Program-made: the position numbers and the translations under genes
Shown: piece after piece, positions 28,731 to 39,800 of the stretch
How positions within the stretch are numbered: the stretch's first letter is position 1
Layout of the letters: each line of letters starts with the position of its first letter
Notes under the pieces: generated by a model
Database searches by the model: none
The model's input: the letters and a program-made list of their open reading frames with translations, nothing else
Told to the model about the DNA's origin: nothing
Source: Bacillota bacterium
GTDB lineage: Bacteria > Bacillota_I > Bacilli_A > RF39 > UBA660
Assembly (NCBI GenBank): GCA_023460995.1
Contig: JAEWOE010000006.1
Span: 774,927-838,926, forward strand
Direction: 5' to 3'
Length of the DNA: 64,000 nucleotides

Positions 28731-29594
28731 ATGTTGAAAATACAAAACTTAACAAAATACTACGGTAATATTTTAGGAGTAGATGATATTAGTCTTAGTA
28801 TCAGGGATGGGGAAATATTTGGCTTTATAGGGCCTAATGGTGCTGGAAAGTCTACTACTATTAAATGTATACTAAACTTTTTAAATAAGGATTCTGGCGT
28901 CATTTTAGTTGATGAAGAAGAAGTTACAGATAAAACAAAAGAGATAATAGGTTATTTACCTAGTGAAATTAGTTTATATGATGATTTAACAGTAAAACAA
29001 ATGATTGAGTACAATAATAGTTTTTATAAGAAAGATTGTCTTAAAAAAGCTAATGAACTTGTAAAAAAATTAGAAATAGATGTATCTAAAAAAACTGATG
29101 AATTATCTTTAGGTAATTTAAAAAAAGTAGGAATTGTTCTTGCTTTAATGCACGATCCAAAACTAGTAATATTAGATGAACCAACAAGTGGATTAGATCC
29201 TCTTATGCAAGAAGTTTTCTTTCAAATAATGCTAGAAGAAAAGAAAAATGGAACTTCAATCTTTTTCTCATCACACAATTTAAATGAAGTTAAAAAAATT
29301 TGTGATAGAGTTGCAATAATAAGAAAAGGAAAAATAATAGAAATTAATGAAGTTAAAAACATTGTTAAAAATAAATTTGTTATTATAACAGCAAAAGCAA
29401 AAAATATTAAAAAGGTTAAACTTCCACTTAAAGATATGAAAATAAAGGAAATGACCGATGATACTGTAACTTTCGTATATCAAGATGACATAAATAATAT
29501 AATTAAAATATTGAAAGATATTAGTGTTGAAGAATTATTAATAGAAGAACCAACTATTGAAGAAATATTTATGCATTATTATAAGGAGGATTAA
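28731..29594 (+). CDS. ABC transporter ATP-binding protein
   Basis: Walker A GPNGAGKST; signature LSLGNLKK; Walker B ILDEP. Confidence 0.85.
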   Translation: MLKIQNLTKYYGNILGVDDISLSIRDGEIFGFIGPNGAGKSTTIKCILNFLNKDSGVILVDEEEVTDKTKEIIGYLPSEISLYDDLTVKQMIEYNNSFYKKDCLKKANELVKKLEIDVSKKTDELSLGNLKKVGIVLALMHDPKLVILDEPTSGLDPLMQEVFFQIMLEEKKNGTSIFFSSHNLNEVKKICDRVAIIRKGKIIEINEVKNIVKNKFVIITAKAKNIKKVKLPLKDMKIKEMTDDTVTFVYQDDINNIIKILKDISVEELLIEEPTIEEIFMHYYKED

Positions 29595-29595
29595 T

Positions 29596-30384
29596 ATGTT
29601 AAAAAGAGAATTAAAAATTAATAGTAAAACACTATTAATCTTTCTATTTATATTGGTTGCTATGCTTGGTACTGTATGTGCTGTTTATCCTAGTATAGCT
29701 ACTTCTGATGTAGATATTGATGCTATGCTTAAAATGTTTCCAAAAAGCATGCTTGAAGCTTTTAATATGGATGTTGTTAGTATTGGTTCTGTATTTGGCT
29801 GGCTGGCTACAGAAGGGTATATGTTTATAACTTTATTAGGTGGATGTTATTTTGCAATACTAGGTGGAACCATTCTATTAAAAGAACAAAGTGAGCATAC
29901 AATTGATTTCCTATATTCAAAGCCAGTATCTAAAAGTAAAATATTAACTAGCAAAATACTATGTGGCTTAATATATCTAATTATATTTAATGTAGTAGTA
30001 GGTGCAACTACTTTTATAGGTTTAAAAGTTAATAATGATTTTGATTTTACTAAATGGACATTAATTACAATAGCGCCACTATTTTTGGAATTATTCTTTT
30101 TTGTAGTATCGCTATTAATGAGTATATTTTTTAAAAAAACAAGTAAAGGCATAAGTATAGCAATAGGTACTGTCTTCATAATGTATCTATTTAATTTACT
30201 AGGTAATTTAACAGATAAGATAGAGTTTTTAAAATATATATCAATTTTTAATTATATGGACTCTAGACAAATAATCACAGATAATCATATAGAAATGTTT
30301 GGACTTATATTAACTTCTGTAGTTAGTATAATTACGGTTATTATGACATATCTTTTATATAATAGAAAAGAATTAGGAAAGTAG
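29596..30384 (+). CDS. ABC-2 type transporter permease
   Basis: 6 TM segments; AAGGAGG RBS before ATG 29596; adjacent to the ATPase. Confidence 0.65.
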   Translation: MLKRELKINSKTLLIFLFILVAMLGTVCAVYPSIATSDVDIDAMLKMFPKSMLEAFNMDVVSIGSVFGWLATEGYMFITLLGGCYFAILGGTILLKEQSEHTIDFLYSKPVSKSKILTSKILCGLIYLIIFNVVVGATTFIGLKVNNDFDFTKWTLITIAPLFLELFFFVVSLLMSIFFKKTSKGISIAIGTVFIMYLFNLLGNLTDKIEFLKYISIFNYMDSRQIITDNHIEMFGLILTSVVSIITVIMTYLLYNRKELGK

Positions 30385-30521
30385 TATTACTTTCCTTTTA
30401 ATTTTGAGCTTAACAGTGTGTTGATCTCTATAAATGACGATGCAGGAGAAAAAAATAAACATATGCATATTTTTGTGAATTTTTGTTAGTCCTCGCATAA
30501 ACTAAAGTAAGAGGTGATAAT

Positions 30522-31064
30522 ATGGCTTCATATAAGGAAATTGTTACTAAAGCAATTATAGGGAAAGGCAAAAAGTTTTTCAAAAATAACTATAGTATAG
30601 AGGCAAATGGTCCTACAAATGTTTTAGGTTGCTGGGTTATAAATCATAAATTTAAAGGATATAAAAGTGGCGACAAAGTAGGTGTAGATGGGTCTTTTGA
30701 TGTAAATATATGGTATAGCTATGATAATGATTCTAAAACAGCTGTAATAAATAAAAACATTAAGTATAATGATTTATTTAATGTTAAAGTTAGAGAAGAT
30801 GCAGATCTATCAGGTGATACCGAAATAATAGTTAGAACATTAAAACAACCATCTTGTTCTAGTGTAAATATTAATAATGGTATAATAAGTTTTGATATTG
30901 AAAAAGAACTTGGAGTAGAAATTGTTGGCGAAACTAAGATGAAAATATCTATTGAAGAAGATGAAGAACCATGGGAAGAAATACTAGATGATGTAGATGA
31001 AAATATTGAAAAAGAAATAGATGAAAGTGTAGATCCAGAATATTTAGAAAAAAAGGATAAATAA
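30522..31064 (+). CDS. cotE: Outer spore coat morphogenetic protein CotE
   Basis: MASYKEIVTKAIIGKGKKF...GCWVINHKF...NIWYSY...acidic C-terminus, colinear with B. subtilis CotE (MSEYREIITKAVVAKGRKF...GGWIINHKY...NVWYSY). Confidence 0.8.
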   Translation: MASYKEIVTKAIIGKGKKFFKNNYSIEANGPTNVLGCWVINHKFKGYKSGDKVGVDGSFDVNIWYSYDNDSKTAVINKNIKYNDLFNVKVREDADLSGDTEIIVRTLKQPSCSSVNINNGIISFDIEKELGVEIVGETKMKISIEEDEEPWEEILDDVDENIEKEIDESVDPEYLEKKDK

Positions 31065-31153
31065 TAAAGCAAAAAAACATTTTGTCAACAATAAAAGGTT
31101 GACACTGTTTTTTTATTATGTTAAAATTAGTAACAGTGAATGGAGGGAACTAG

Positions 31154-31429
31154 ATGGCAGTAAAATTAAGACTTAAAAGAATGGGATCTAAAAAAAGACC
31201 ATTTTACCGTGTTGTAGCAGCTGATTCAAGAAGTCCAAGAGACGGACGTTTTATCGAAGTTGTTGGTACTTATAATCCAATTACAGAACCAGCAGAAATA
31301 AAATTAGATGAAGAAAAAGCTATGAAATGGCTTAGCGATGGAGCTATTCCAACTGATACTGTAAGAGATTTATTTAGAAGTCAAGGAATCATGGAAAAAT
31401 TTCATAATTCTAAAAAAGAAAGCAAATAA
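31154..31429 (+). CDS. rpsP: 30S ribosomal protein S16
   Basis: [35 protein letters not shown]. Confidence 0.95.
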   Translation: MAVKLRLKRMGSKKRPFYRVVAADSRSPRDGRFIEVVGTYNPITEPAEIKLDEEKAMKWLSDGAIPTDTVRDLFRSQGIMEKFHNSKKESK

Positions 31430-31432
31430 TAA

Positions 31433-31678
31433 ATGAACGCAGTAGAATTGACTGAGTTTTTAGTTAAAAATTTAGTAAAAGAACCAGACATGGTATCAGT
31501 TAAACAATTAGCAGATGAGGATGACTCTACAGTTATACAAGTTTTAGTTGACAATAATGATATGGGTGCTGTTATAGGAAGAAGTGGAAATATAGCAAAA
31601 GCTATAAGAATACTTGTTGGCGCATCTACATATGCTACTGGTCAAAAAAGAGTAAGAATCGATATCGATTCATTTTAA
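31433..31678 (+). CDS. khpA: KH-domain RNA-binding protein (KhpA/YlqC family)
   Basis: GxxG KH motif VIGRSGNIAKAIR; conserved position after rpsP. Confidence 0.8.
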   Translation: MNAVELTEFLVKNLVKEPDMVSVKQLADEDDSTVIQVLVDNNDMGAVIGRSGNIAKAIRILVGASTYATGQKRVRIDIDSF

Positions 31679-31793
31679 GAAGTTGTTGCTTCTTTTTTTA
31701 TTAAATTAAGGATTGTTATTAGATAACAATCCTTTTTTCTTGATATAGGTCATATTTTATATTATAATGTATATGTAGAAGTGAGGCTAAGAT

Positions 31794-32513
31794 ATGAGTG
31801 AAGAAATACTTAAGATACCAACTCATGTAGGTATTATAGTAGATGGTAACGGTAGATGGGCTAAGGAAAAAGGTTTATCTAGAAGTATGGGCCATAAAGC
31901 AGGAGCAGATAATTTAGAAAAAATATCTAGATATGCTTTTGAATGTGGTGTCAAAGTTCTTAGTTTATATGTTTTTTCATCAGATAATTTTAAAAGAAGT
32001 GAAGAAGAAGTGAATTATTTAATGAATTTATTTACTAGTAAGTTTAAGAAAGATGCTAAAATATATAATAAAGAAAATATTAAAGTAGTTTTTTCAGGTA
32101 GAAGAGAACCTTTAAGAGATGATGTTTTAAAAACAATTGATGAAATTACTGAAACAACAAAGAAGAATACTAAAGGTATAATAAATTTTTGTCTTAATTA
32201 TGGCGGTCAATTTGAAATAATTGATGCTGTAAAGAAACTAAGTCAAGATAATGTTGATATAGAAAATCTAAATATAGAGACTTTTAGTCATTATATGTAT
32301 CAAGATTTACCATCAATTGACTTATTAATAAGAACTAGTGGCGAGCAAAGACTAAGTAATTTTATGTTATGGCAATGCTCATATGCAGAATTTTACTTCC
32401 CAAATACTTATTTTCCGGATTTTAATAAGGATGAATTTGATTTGGCTATACTTAAATATAATAAAAGAGATAGACGTTTTGGAGGAATAAATTATGAAAC
32501 AAAGAGCAATTAG
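31794..32513 (+). CDS. uppS: Undecaprenyl pyrophosphate synthase (isoprenyl transferase)
   Basis: HVGIIVDGNGRWA; cis-IPPS family; C-terminal RFGG. Confidence 0.9.
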   Translation: MSEEILKIPTHVGIIVDGNGRWAKEKGLSRSMGHKAGADNLEKISRYAFECGVKVLSLYVFSSDNFKRSEEEVNYLMNLFTSKFKKDAKIYNKENIKVVFSGRREPLRDDVLKTIDEITETTKKNTKGIINFCLNYGGQFEIIDAVKKLSQDNVDIENLNIETFSHYMYQDLPSIDLLIRTSGEQRLSNFMLWQCSYAEFYFPNTYFPDFNKDEFDLAILKYNKRDRRFGGINYETKSN

Positions 32514-33294
32514 TGCACTTATTATGATTATTATTTGTGTACCACTTTTAATAACAGGAGGATTATTCTTTAATATAGGTGTATTTATACTAGCAATGCT
32601 AGCCTTAAAAGAATTCTTAGATATAAAAGAAACTAAGAAAAGAGTTCCTAATTTTGTAAAAATAATCTCTTATGCTTTTTTAGTTATGTTAATAGGTATT
32701 AATGTAAGTAATGAAGTACTTGATTTTCAAATGGATTATAGAGTAATAAGTGGTTTATTTTTAACTTTCTTAGTGCCAACTATTCTATATCATGATAGGG
32801 AAAAATATAGTATTAATGATGCTTTTTATTTAATTGGAGGTGTATTCTTTTTAGCACTTTCTATGATTCTTCTTATAAATGTTAGAAGTTTTGGGCTAAT
32901 GACATTAATTTATTTACTTTTAATTACGATTATGACAGATACTTTTGCTTACTTAACAGGTATGCTTATAGGAAGAACTAAATTAATAGAGTCTATATCT
33001 CCTAAAAAAACTTGGGAAGGCACAATAGGTGGGACAGTTATTGCAGTATTTATAAGTACAATGTTTTATATTACAGTTATTAATCCAGATATTAGTATAT
33101 ATAAAATAGTATTTACTGGAATATTTCTATCTATCTTAGGTCAATTTGGAGATTTATTCTTCTCAGCAATTAAAAGATACTATAATAAAAAAGATTTCTC
33201 AAATCTTATACCAGGACATGGTGGAATATTAGACAGAATGGACAGCATAATATTTGTATTATTAGGATTTATGTTTTTCATATCAATTTTGTAA
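32494..33294 (+). CDS. cdsA: Phosphatidate cytidylyltransferase
   Basis: Multi-TM protein; C-terminal GHGGILDRMDS motif; uppS-cdsA synteny. Confidence 0.85.
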   Translation: MKQRAISALIMIIICVPLLITGGLFFNIGVFILAMLALKEFLDIKETKKRVPNFVKIISYAFLVMLIGINVSNEVLDFQMDYRVISGLFLTFLVPTILYHDREKYSINDAFYLIGGVFFLALSMILLINVRSFGLMTLIYLLLITIMTDTFAYLTGMLIGRTKLIESISPKKTWEGTIGGTVIAVFISTMFYITVINPDISIYKIVFTGIFLSILGQFGDLFFSAIKRYYNKKDFSNLIPGHGGILDRMDSIIFVLLGFMFFISIL

Positions 33295-33305
33295 GGGGTG
33301 GTTAG

Positions 33306-34349
33306 ATGACAATTATATATTTCGTTTTAATACTAGGTATTACAGTTTTTGTTCATGAATTAGGGCATTTTTTATTTGCTAAAAGAGCAGGTATTTATGT
33401 TTATGAATTCTCTATTGGAATGGGACCAGTATTAAAAAAATGGAAAAGAAAAAATGATGAAACTGAGTATTCAATTAGATTACTTCCAATTGGTGGATTT
33501 GTCAGTATGGCTGGTGAATCTGTAGAAGTAGATGAAAAGGTACCAGCATCAAAAAGACTTCAAAGTAAAACTTGGGGTCAAAGATTTATGACTATAATAG
33601 CGGGTATTATGAATAACTTTATTCTTGCTATTATTATATTTTTTGTAATAGCTTTAATTATGGGAGCACCTAAATCTAATGCTTTTATTAATTATTTAGA
33701 TGAAGATATGCCTGCTTATGATAGTGGTTTAGCAGCAGGTGATGAAATAATAAAGTTAAACGGTAAGAAGATTTCTGCCGATATGCTTTTACTTGAACTT
33801 ATGGTTAATGGTGATGATACAGTAAGACTTACTGTTAAACATGAAAATGGCGAGTATGATAATGTTGTTATAACACCAGAAAAAGTTGAAGAAGATGGTA
33901 AAGAATCATATAAATTTGGATTTGGATTAGGAACAGAAACAGAAAAAGGTTTCATTTCATCTATCAAATATGCCTTTACTAAATTATTTTCTTTAATTCA
34001 GCAAATGGCATATATTATTATTTATTTGATTACTGGCAAATTATCATTAACAAGTTTATCTGGGCCAGTTGGTATTTATAATGTTGTAGGAGAAACTGCT
34101 AAAACTGGTTTTATAAATATAGTTTATTTACTTGGATATATTTCTGCTAATGTTGGATTTATGAATTTACTTCCTATTCCAGCCTTTGATGGTGGTAGAT
34201 TATTATTCTTAGTTATTGAAAAAATAAAAAGAAGTCCAGTTAGTGTAAAGTTTGAAAACACTGTTCATGGAGTTGGACTAATTTTTCTAATGGCTTTAAT
34301 GGTAGTAATTACTTACAATGATATAGTTAGAATATTCTTCGGAGGATAA
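33306..34349 (+). CDS. rseP: RIP zinc metalloprotease (site-2 protease) with PDZ domain
   Basis: HELGHF motif in TM1; PDZ region; LDGG motif; cdsA-rseP synteny (no dxr between them). Confidence 0.85.
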   Translation: MTIIYFVLILGITVFVHELGHFLFAKRAGIYVYEFSIGMGPVLKKWKRKNDETEYSIRLLPIGGFVSMAGESVEVDEKVPASKRLQSKTWGQRFMTIIAGIMNNFILAIIIFFVIALIMGAPKSNAFINYLDEDMPAYDSGLAAGDEIIKLNGKKISADMLLLELMVNGDDTVRLTVKHENGEYDNVVITPEKVEEDGKESYKFGFGLGTETEKGFISSIKYAFTKLFSLIQQMAYIIIYLITGKLSLTSLSGPVGIYNVVGETAKTGFINIVYLLGYISANVGFMNLLPIPAFDGGRLLFLVIEKIKRSPVSVKFENTVHGVGLIFLMALMVVITYNDIVRIFFGG

Positions 34350-34350
34350 T

Positions 34351-34692
34351 ATGATTAAAACAGTTATGAAGTATGCTGTAAATTATAATAAAGTAGTAAG
34401 TTTTATTTATGATGAAGAAGACTTTATAACAACAAGATTAATTGATTATTATAAAGATTATGTTTTAAACGAAAAAGAGGCAAGTAGAAAAATAAGAAGT
34501 TTAGATAATATTATGGTTAATTATATTAGTGATGATGATTTTAAAATATATGTTAAAGAACATATAAATGAGTTTAGTACTAATGAGTATGGTATTGATT
34601 ATTATTATGATATGGATATGATATTATCAAAGCTTTTTAAAAATTATATATATTATAAAGAAGAGAGTATAGCCAAAACAAAGTGGTTATAA
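34351..34692 (+). CDS. Hypothetical protein (113 aa)
   Basis: ORF only. Confidence 0.35.
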   Translation: MIKTVMKYAVNYNKVVSFIYDEEDFITTRLIDYYKDYVLNEKEASRKIRSLDNIMVNYISDDDFKIYVKEHINEFSTNEYGIDYYYDMDMILSKLFKNYIYYKEESIAKTKWL

Positions 34693-34704
34693 GGAGTGTA
34701 TATT

Positions 34705-35625
34705 ATGTTAAAAGTTGATCATGTAACAAAATATTATGATAAATTTAAAGCAGTAGATGATTTATCTTTTGAAGTAAAACCTGGTGAGATTTTTGGCCTT
34801 TTAGGTATAAATGGGGCAGGAAAAACAACTACTTTTCGTATGATTATGGGATTGTTAGATCCAACAGAAGGAAAAATAACATTAAACGGCAAAGAAATTG
34901 ATTATGATGTCACTAATGATATTGGTTTTCTTACTGAAGAAAGAAGTCTTCTTACAAAGATGACAATTAAAGAACAATGTTTATACTATGGTATCTTAAA
35001 AGGCATGAAAGAAGAAGATATTATAAGTAGACTAGATGAGTTATTGAAAAAGTTCTATAAGAATGAAGAAAAATTTGATTTAGAAAAGTTTAAAAACAAA
35101 AAAATCAAAGAATTATCAAAAGGTAATCAACAAAAAATTCAGTTTATAACTGCAATTATACATAAACCAAAATTAGTTATTCTTGATGAGCCTTTCTCAG
35201 GACTTGATCCATTTAATGTTGAGTTATTTAAAAATCAAATTGAAGAAATGGCTAAAAGTGGTAGTATGATAATCTTCTCATCACACCGTATGGAACACGT
35301 TGAATTATTTTGTAAAAAATTAGTTATTCTAATGCGTGGAAAATCTGTTTTAGAAGGTTATTTAAAAGATATTAAAGAAGCATATCGTAAGAAAAATATT
35401 ATGATTAAAGGTATAGTAGATATAGATGAGATTGAAAAAGTAAAAGGTGTTGTTAGTGTTACTAAGGGTGCTGAAGAAATAGAAGTTAAGATTGAATCTA
35501 ATGATGTTGCTAATGATGTATTTAAAGTAGTATCTAAGTCAAAAGAAATTACTAAATATGCAGTTGAAGAGCCATCTTTAAATGAAATATTCGTAACAAA
35601 GGTAGGTGAAAGTTATGAAAAATAA
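34705..35625 (+). CDS. ABC transporter ATP-binding protein
   Basis: GINGAGKTT Walker A; LSKGNQQK signature; ILDEP. Confidence 0.85.
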   Translation: MLKVDHVTKYYDKFKAVDDLSFEVKPGEIFGLLGINGAGKTTTFRMIMGLLDPTEGKITLNGKEIDYDVTNDIGFLTEERSLLTKMTIKEQCLYYGILKGMKEEDIISRLDELLKKFYKNEEKFDLEKFKNKKIKELSKGNQQKIQFITAIIHKPKLVILDEPFSGLDPFNVELFKNQIEEMAKSGSMIIFSSHRMEHVELFCKKLVILMRGKSVLEGYLKDIKEAYRKKNIMIKGIVDIDEIEKVKGVVSVTKGAEEIEVKIESNDVANDVFKVVSKSKEITKYAVEEPSLNEIFVTKVGESYEK

Positions 35626-36931
35626 ACTAAAATTTTTAATAGGTAATAGTTTAGGACGCAAAGTTAAAACTAAATGGTTTAAAATTGTCAATGTTCTTTT
35701 AGCCATCGCGATAGTTGCTATTTGTAATATTGATAGTATTATTAGTTTCTTTGGTGGAGACTTTGATGAAAAACAAAAGATTTATGTTATAGATAATACT
35801 GGAGTTGCATTTGATTCATTTAAAGAACAAATGATGCTTACTACTTCAAGTGAAACAGAAGAAGATTTAGATTATGAAATAACTCTTTATGAAGAGGATG
35901 AAGATACTGCTAAAGAAATGGTCAGTGAAAACAAAAAAGACTTAGTAATTGTTTTTGATAATGACGAACAAAAGGTTTTAGCAGTAAAATTAATTTCTCA
36001 AGAATATATTGATATTTTAGATAATCAATATTTAAGTAATTCAATATATAATACAAAAGTAATGCTAGCTATAGCAAAATCTAATATTTCAGCTGAAGAG
36101 CTTGCTAATATTTATTCTACTGTTGATGTAGAAAGAGTAATATTAGATGAAACTAAAAATACTGAAGATGAAAGTATGGAAGTTATTATGTCTACAGTAT
36201 TTCCAGTAGTTATATTACCATTTTTTATGCTTGTAATATTCTTAGTACAAATGATCGGTGCTGAGGTTAACGAAGAAAAAACAACACGTGGTATGGAAAT
36301 AATTATATCAAGTGTTTCACCAGCAACTCATTTCTTTTCAAAAATAGTTGCAAGTAATTTATTTGTAATAATCCAAGGAACACTATTATTTTGTTTTGGT
36401 GCAGCAGGATTACTAGTTAGAAAATTAGTTGGTGGAGATATAATATCTGGTGGTGTATATAGTTCAATAACTGATATGCTTAGTAAAGCTTTAGATACGG
36501 CTTTTGTAGACAAATTAGTTTATATTATTCCATTAACATTAGTATTAATGCTATTAACGTTTTTAGCTTATTCTCTATTAGCCGGAGTACTTGCTAGTAT
36601 GACAACAAATATTGAAGACTTCCAACAAGTTCAAACTCCAATTATGTTAGTACTTTTAGCTGGTTATTATTTAGCTATGTTAGCTGGTACATTTAATGGA
36701 GCAGTATTTATTAAAGTATTATCATTTGTGCCATTTATATCTGCCATACTAGCGCCATCATTATTGGTACTAGGACAAATTGGTATAATAGATGTAATCA
36801 TATCAATAGTAATTATGATAGGTACAATATACTTGTTAATTAAATATGGACTTAAAATATACAAGGTTGGTATTTTAAATTATTCTTCTAATAAATTATG
36901 GAAGAAAATGTTTAAAGCTATGAAAAATTAA
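35615..36931 (+). CDS. ABC-2 family permease with large extracellular N-terminal loop
   Basis: TM1 plus ~170-aa loop plus 5 TM; overlaps the ATPase stop. Confidence 0.65.
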   Translation: MKNKLKFLIGNSLGRKVKTKWFKIVNVLLAIAIVAICNIDSIISFFGGDFDEKQKIYVIDNTGVAFDSFKEQMMLTTSSETEEDLDYEITLYEEDEDTAKEMVSENKKDLVIVFDNDEQKVLAVKLISQEYIDILDNQYLSNSIYNTKVMLAIAKSNISAEELANIYSTVDVERVILDETKNTEDESMEVIMSTVFPVVILPFFMLVIFLVQMIGAEVNEEKTTRGMEIIISSVSPATHFFSKIVASNLFVIIQGTLLFCFGAAGLLVRKLVGGDIISGGVYSSITDMLSKALDTAFVDKLVYIIPLTLVLMLLTFLAYSLLAGVLASMTTNIEDFQQVQTPIMLVLLAGYYLAMLAGTFNGAVFIKVLSFVPFISAILAPSLLVLGQIGIIDVIISIVIMIGTIYLLIKYGLKIYKVGILNYSSNKLWKKMFKAMKN

Positions 36932-37189
36932 ATTTAGTTTTTATGAAAGGAAACATTTATGTTTCTTTTTATTATACATTTTTTCCTTAATTGTATAAAA
37001 TATAGTATGATTATTTAAAAAAATTAAATAATCATTCATTAACAATGTCATAAAAAAACATCACTATTATTAAAAAGTGGTGTTAGCGCTTATAAAAAAA
37101 GGATTTTATAAGAAAAAATATTGTTTTTTGTATACAAAATGTAAATTGTTATGCTATAATTAATTTATAGTTATGGTAGAGGTGATAGT

Positions 37190-37789
37190 ATGGATGAAGT
37201 ATATGAAAGAAGTATATTGCTAATCGGACCGGTCAATAGTAACAATAACGCTATTGCTAGTTTACTTAGTGAAAAAACAAATATGCCTACCGTTTCTCTT
37301 GATACTGCTAGAGAAAAGTACTATTGTGACTTAGATTATGATAAAGATTATGCAAGTAAACTTAAAAGAGAAAGCGGCGAATTAGCTAGATATGAATATA
37401 GTAAGCCTTTTGAAGCTCATTATATAGCTAGTTTTATTTCAAACATAGCTGAAGGTTCTATAATAAAATTCGAAGCAACTCAAACTGTTTATGAGCAACC
37501 AGAGTTATTTGCTAAAGTATATAATTGCATTAGTAAATTTGCTAATGTAATATTATTGCTTCCAGATATTGATTTACAAGACTGCTGGAAACAAATTAAT
37601 AGAACATGTAAGATTCCAGTAGGTTCTGATTTATCAAAACTAAACTGGCATTTAGTAAGTAGCCCATGTAATAGTAATTTAGCTACATATACAGTTTATA
37701 TGTGTGGTAGAGATAAAGAAGAAATAACAAATGAAATATTAGAATACGTTAATAGTAAACAAAAAGAAAGTGTTAAGCATGTAGCTTAG
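37190..37789 (+). CDS. Hypothetical protein with degenerate P-loop-like N-terminus
   Basis: ORF with RBS; LLIGPVNSNNN resembles a Walker-A position but lacks GK(S/T). Confidence 0.35.
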   Translation: MDEVYERSILLIGPVNSNNNAIASLLSEKTNMPTVSLDTAREKYYCDLDYDKDYASKLKRESGELARYEYSKPFEAHYIASFISNIAEGSIIKFEATQTVYEQPELFAKVYNCISKFANVILLLPDIDLQDCWKQINRTCKIPVGSDLSKLNWHLVSSPCNSNLATYTVYMCGRDKEEITNEILEYVNSKQKESVKHVA

Positions 37790-38247
37790 CACTTTTTATT
37801 ATATTCATATTTATTTTTATCAAACCAAAGTAATAACTTTTTACTTTTCTCACTAATAATTGCATATCCAACATAACCATTATTTAAATCTTTATAATCT
37901 TCATATGGAATCATAGTAAATCCCTTGAAATTTTTTACTTTAACTTTATATTCATCTAATAATTTCTTATTCTCTTCATCTATAATCACAGCTGCTTCTT
38001 TAACTATCCATTTTTCTGTTAAATCATTTCGCCTAAGTTCCAGATAAATACATATAGTAAATAAAAAAAATATAAATATAGATACTATAATATTTGTGAA
38101 ATCAGGAATATAAGGACTAAGACCAATTGTTATACTTACTGTAATTGTAGAGATAACCACTATAATCATTTGTAATGTTGAAAATCTTATATCTAATTCT
38201 TTCAATAATATTTTTATGTAATTATCATTTATATTAATTTTGATCAT
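37786..38247 (-). CDS. YcxB-like membrane protein (two TM plus bPH-like domain)
   Basis: Two TM helices then a PH-like C-terminus; GGGGGT RBS before ATG (MIKINI). Confidence 0.45.
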   Translation of the reverse strand: MIKININDNYIKILLKELDIRFSTLQMIIVVISTITVSITIGLSPYIPDFTNIIVSIFIFFLFTICIYLELRRNDLTEKWIVKEAAVIIDEENKKLLDEYKVKVKNFKGFTMIPYEDYKDLNNGYVGYAIISEKSKKLLLWFDKNKYEYNKKC

Positions 38248-38516
38248 ATTTATACCCCCAGTCAATTTGGTATTAAATCTTTATTAATTATATCATAATC
38301 ATTATATATTCCAAAGCATAAAAAAATATAGCCTGTAAACTAATGTTTAACTTTATACTATGAATTTACAATTAATTAATAATATATAAGATGCATAATT
38401 CTTTTAATATTAGGTAATTATAGAATATTATCATATATCATAATAGATTAGTTTTTAAATGTTATCTATTTCATTTTATATAAACTGTGTTATAATAACT
38501 TAAAAACGGAGGATTT

Positions 38517-39200
38517 ATGCTAAAAAAAAATATAAAATTTGAATTTAATTATTGGTTCTATGTGCTAGGAGCCGCTTTATTAGTATCTATAGTTTGTAAT
38601 TTGGTTTCTCTTTCTCCCAAGGAAAAGGAAGAAACTAAGTATGTTACTGATCAAAATATAGTCTTTTTCGGGGACTCAATTACTGAGGGATATAAAGTGG
38701 AAGAATTTTTTCCTGATACATTTGTTGTTAATAGTGGTATTGGTGGTAATAGAACTAATCAACTACTTGAGAGAATTGAAAAAGATGTTTATTCTTATAA
38801 TCCATCTAAAGTATTTATACTCATAGGAATAAATGATTTAAATGGCGGAGTATCTGAGGAAGAAATATTAGATAATATTCAAAAAGTAATTAATGGAATT
38901 AAAATAAATAGAAAGTATGCTAATATATATATAGAGTCTATTTATCCTATAAATAGGGAAATGTTTAAAAAAAATAAGTATCCTTTTAATGAAGATATTA
39001 ATAATGATAAAATAAAAGAGATAAATATTAAAATTAAAGATATCTGTAAAGAAAATGATGTTACTTATATAAATGTTTATGATTCTTTACTTGATGATGG
39101 TGGAAGTTTAAAAGAAGCATATACAAAAGAAGGTTTACATCTTACTGATTTAGGATATTTTAAGGTTACAAAAGTATTAGAAGATTACATCTTAGATTAA
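38517..39200 (+). CDS. SGNH/GDSL-family hydrolase
   Basis: FFGDSITEG block I; GGN block; D..H at the C-terminus. Confidence 0.7.
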   Translation: MLKKNIKFEFNYWFYVLGAALLVSIVCNLVSLSPKEKEETKYVTDQNIVFFGDSITEGYKVEEFFPDTFVVNSGIGGNRTNQLLERIEKDVYSYNPSKVFILIGINDLNGGVSEEEILDNIQKVINGIKINRKYANIYIESIYPINREMFKKNKYPFNEDINNDKIKEINIKIKDICKENDVTYINVYDSLLDDGGSLKEAYTKEGLHLTDLGYFKVTKVLEDYILD

Positions 39201-39220
39201 ATTAATAGGGGAATATATAA

Positions 39221-39709
39221 ATGATTGAGTTTAATTGTGATTTAATCTCTAAAATTGTAATAATAGGTTCATACAGAAAAAATTTTGCTGAAATTGCTTC
39301 TGCTAGAAGAAAGTTTATTGAGGCTGGATTAGATGTTTTATCTCCTATAAGCGATGAAATACAAAACCCAGATGACGATTTTATTATATTAAAAGGTGAT
39401 GAAGATATATCACCAGCAGAATTACAAAATATAGTATTTAATAAAATAGAACAAGCAGATTTATTATATGTATGTAATAATAATAAATATATTGGTTTTT
39501 TAACTGGCGTAGAAATAGGTTACGCAATTAGAAATACTCATTTAATATACTTTTCTAATGAGTCGGAAGAACCTGTTATGCAAAAACTAGTTAGAGGCAG
39601 AGTAATATCAGTAGAGGACTTAATAGATCAAATAGAAGAATATAATTATAATGCGTTAAATTTATCTAAAGAAAAATTATTAAAAATAAATAAATTAACT
39701 AAAATGTAA
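39221..39709 (+). CDS. Hypothetical Rossmann-like protein (possibly nucleoside 2-deoxyribosyltransferase-like)
   Basis: ORF with RBS; weak resemblance only. Confidence 0.3.
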   Translation: MIEFNCDLISKIVIIGSYRKNFAEIASARRKFIEAGLDVLSPISDEIQNPDDDFIILKGDEDISPAELQNIVFNKIEQADLLYVCNNNKYIGFLTGVEIGYAIRNTHLIYFSNESEEPVMQKLVRGRVISVEDLIDQIEEYNYNALNLSKEKLLKINKLTKM

Positions 39710-39800
39710 CTGATGAAGCAAAATTCATCAGTTATTTTTATAAAAAAAACAACTTCTAAGAAGAAATTGTTTTACAAAATATACAGTAATTATATATTAC

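Noticed and set aside
30385-30521. Sigma-E/sigma-K promoter calls upstream of cotE (CATATGCAT and GCATAAAC elements)
   Set aside because: The matches to the compartment-specific -10 consensus are too loose to assert without a TSS.
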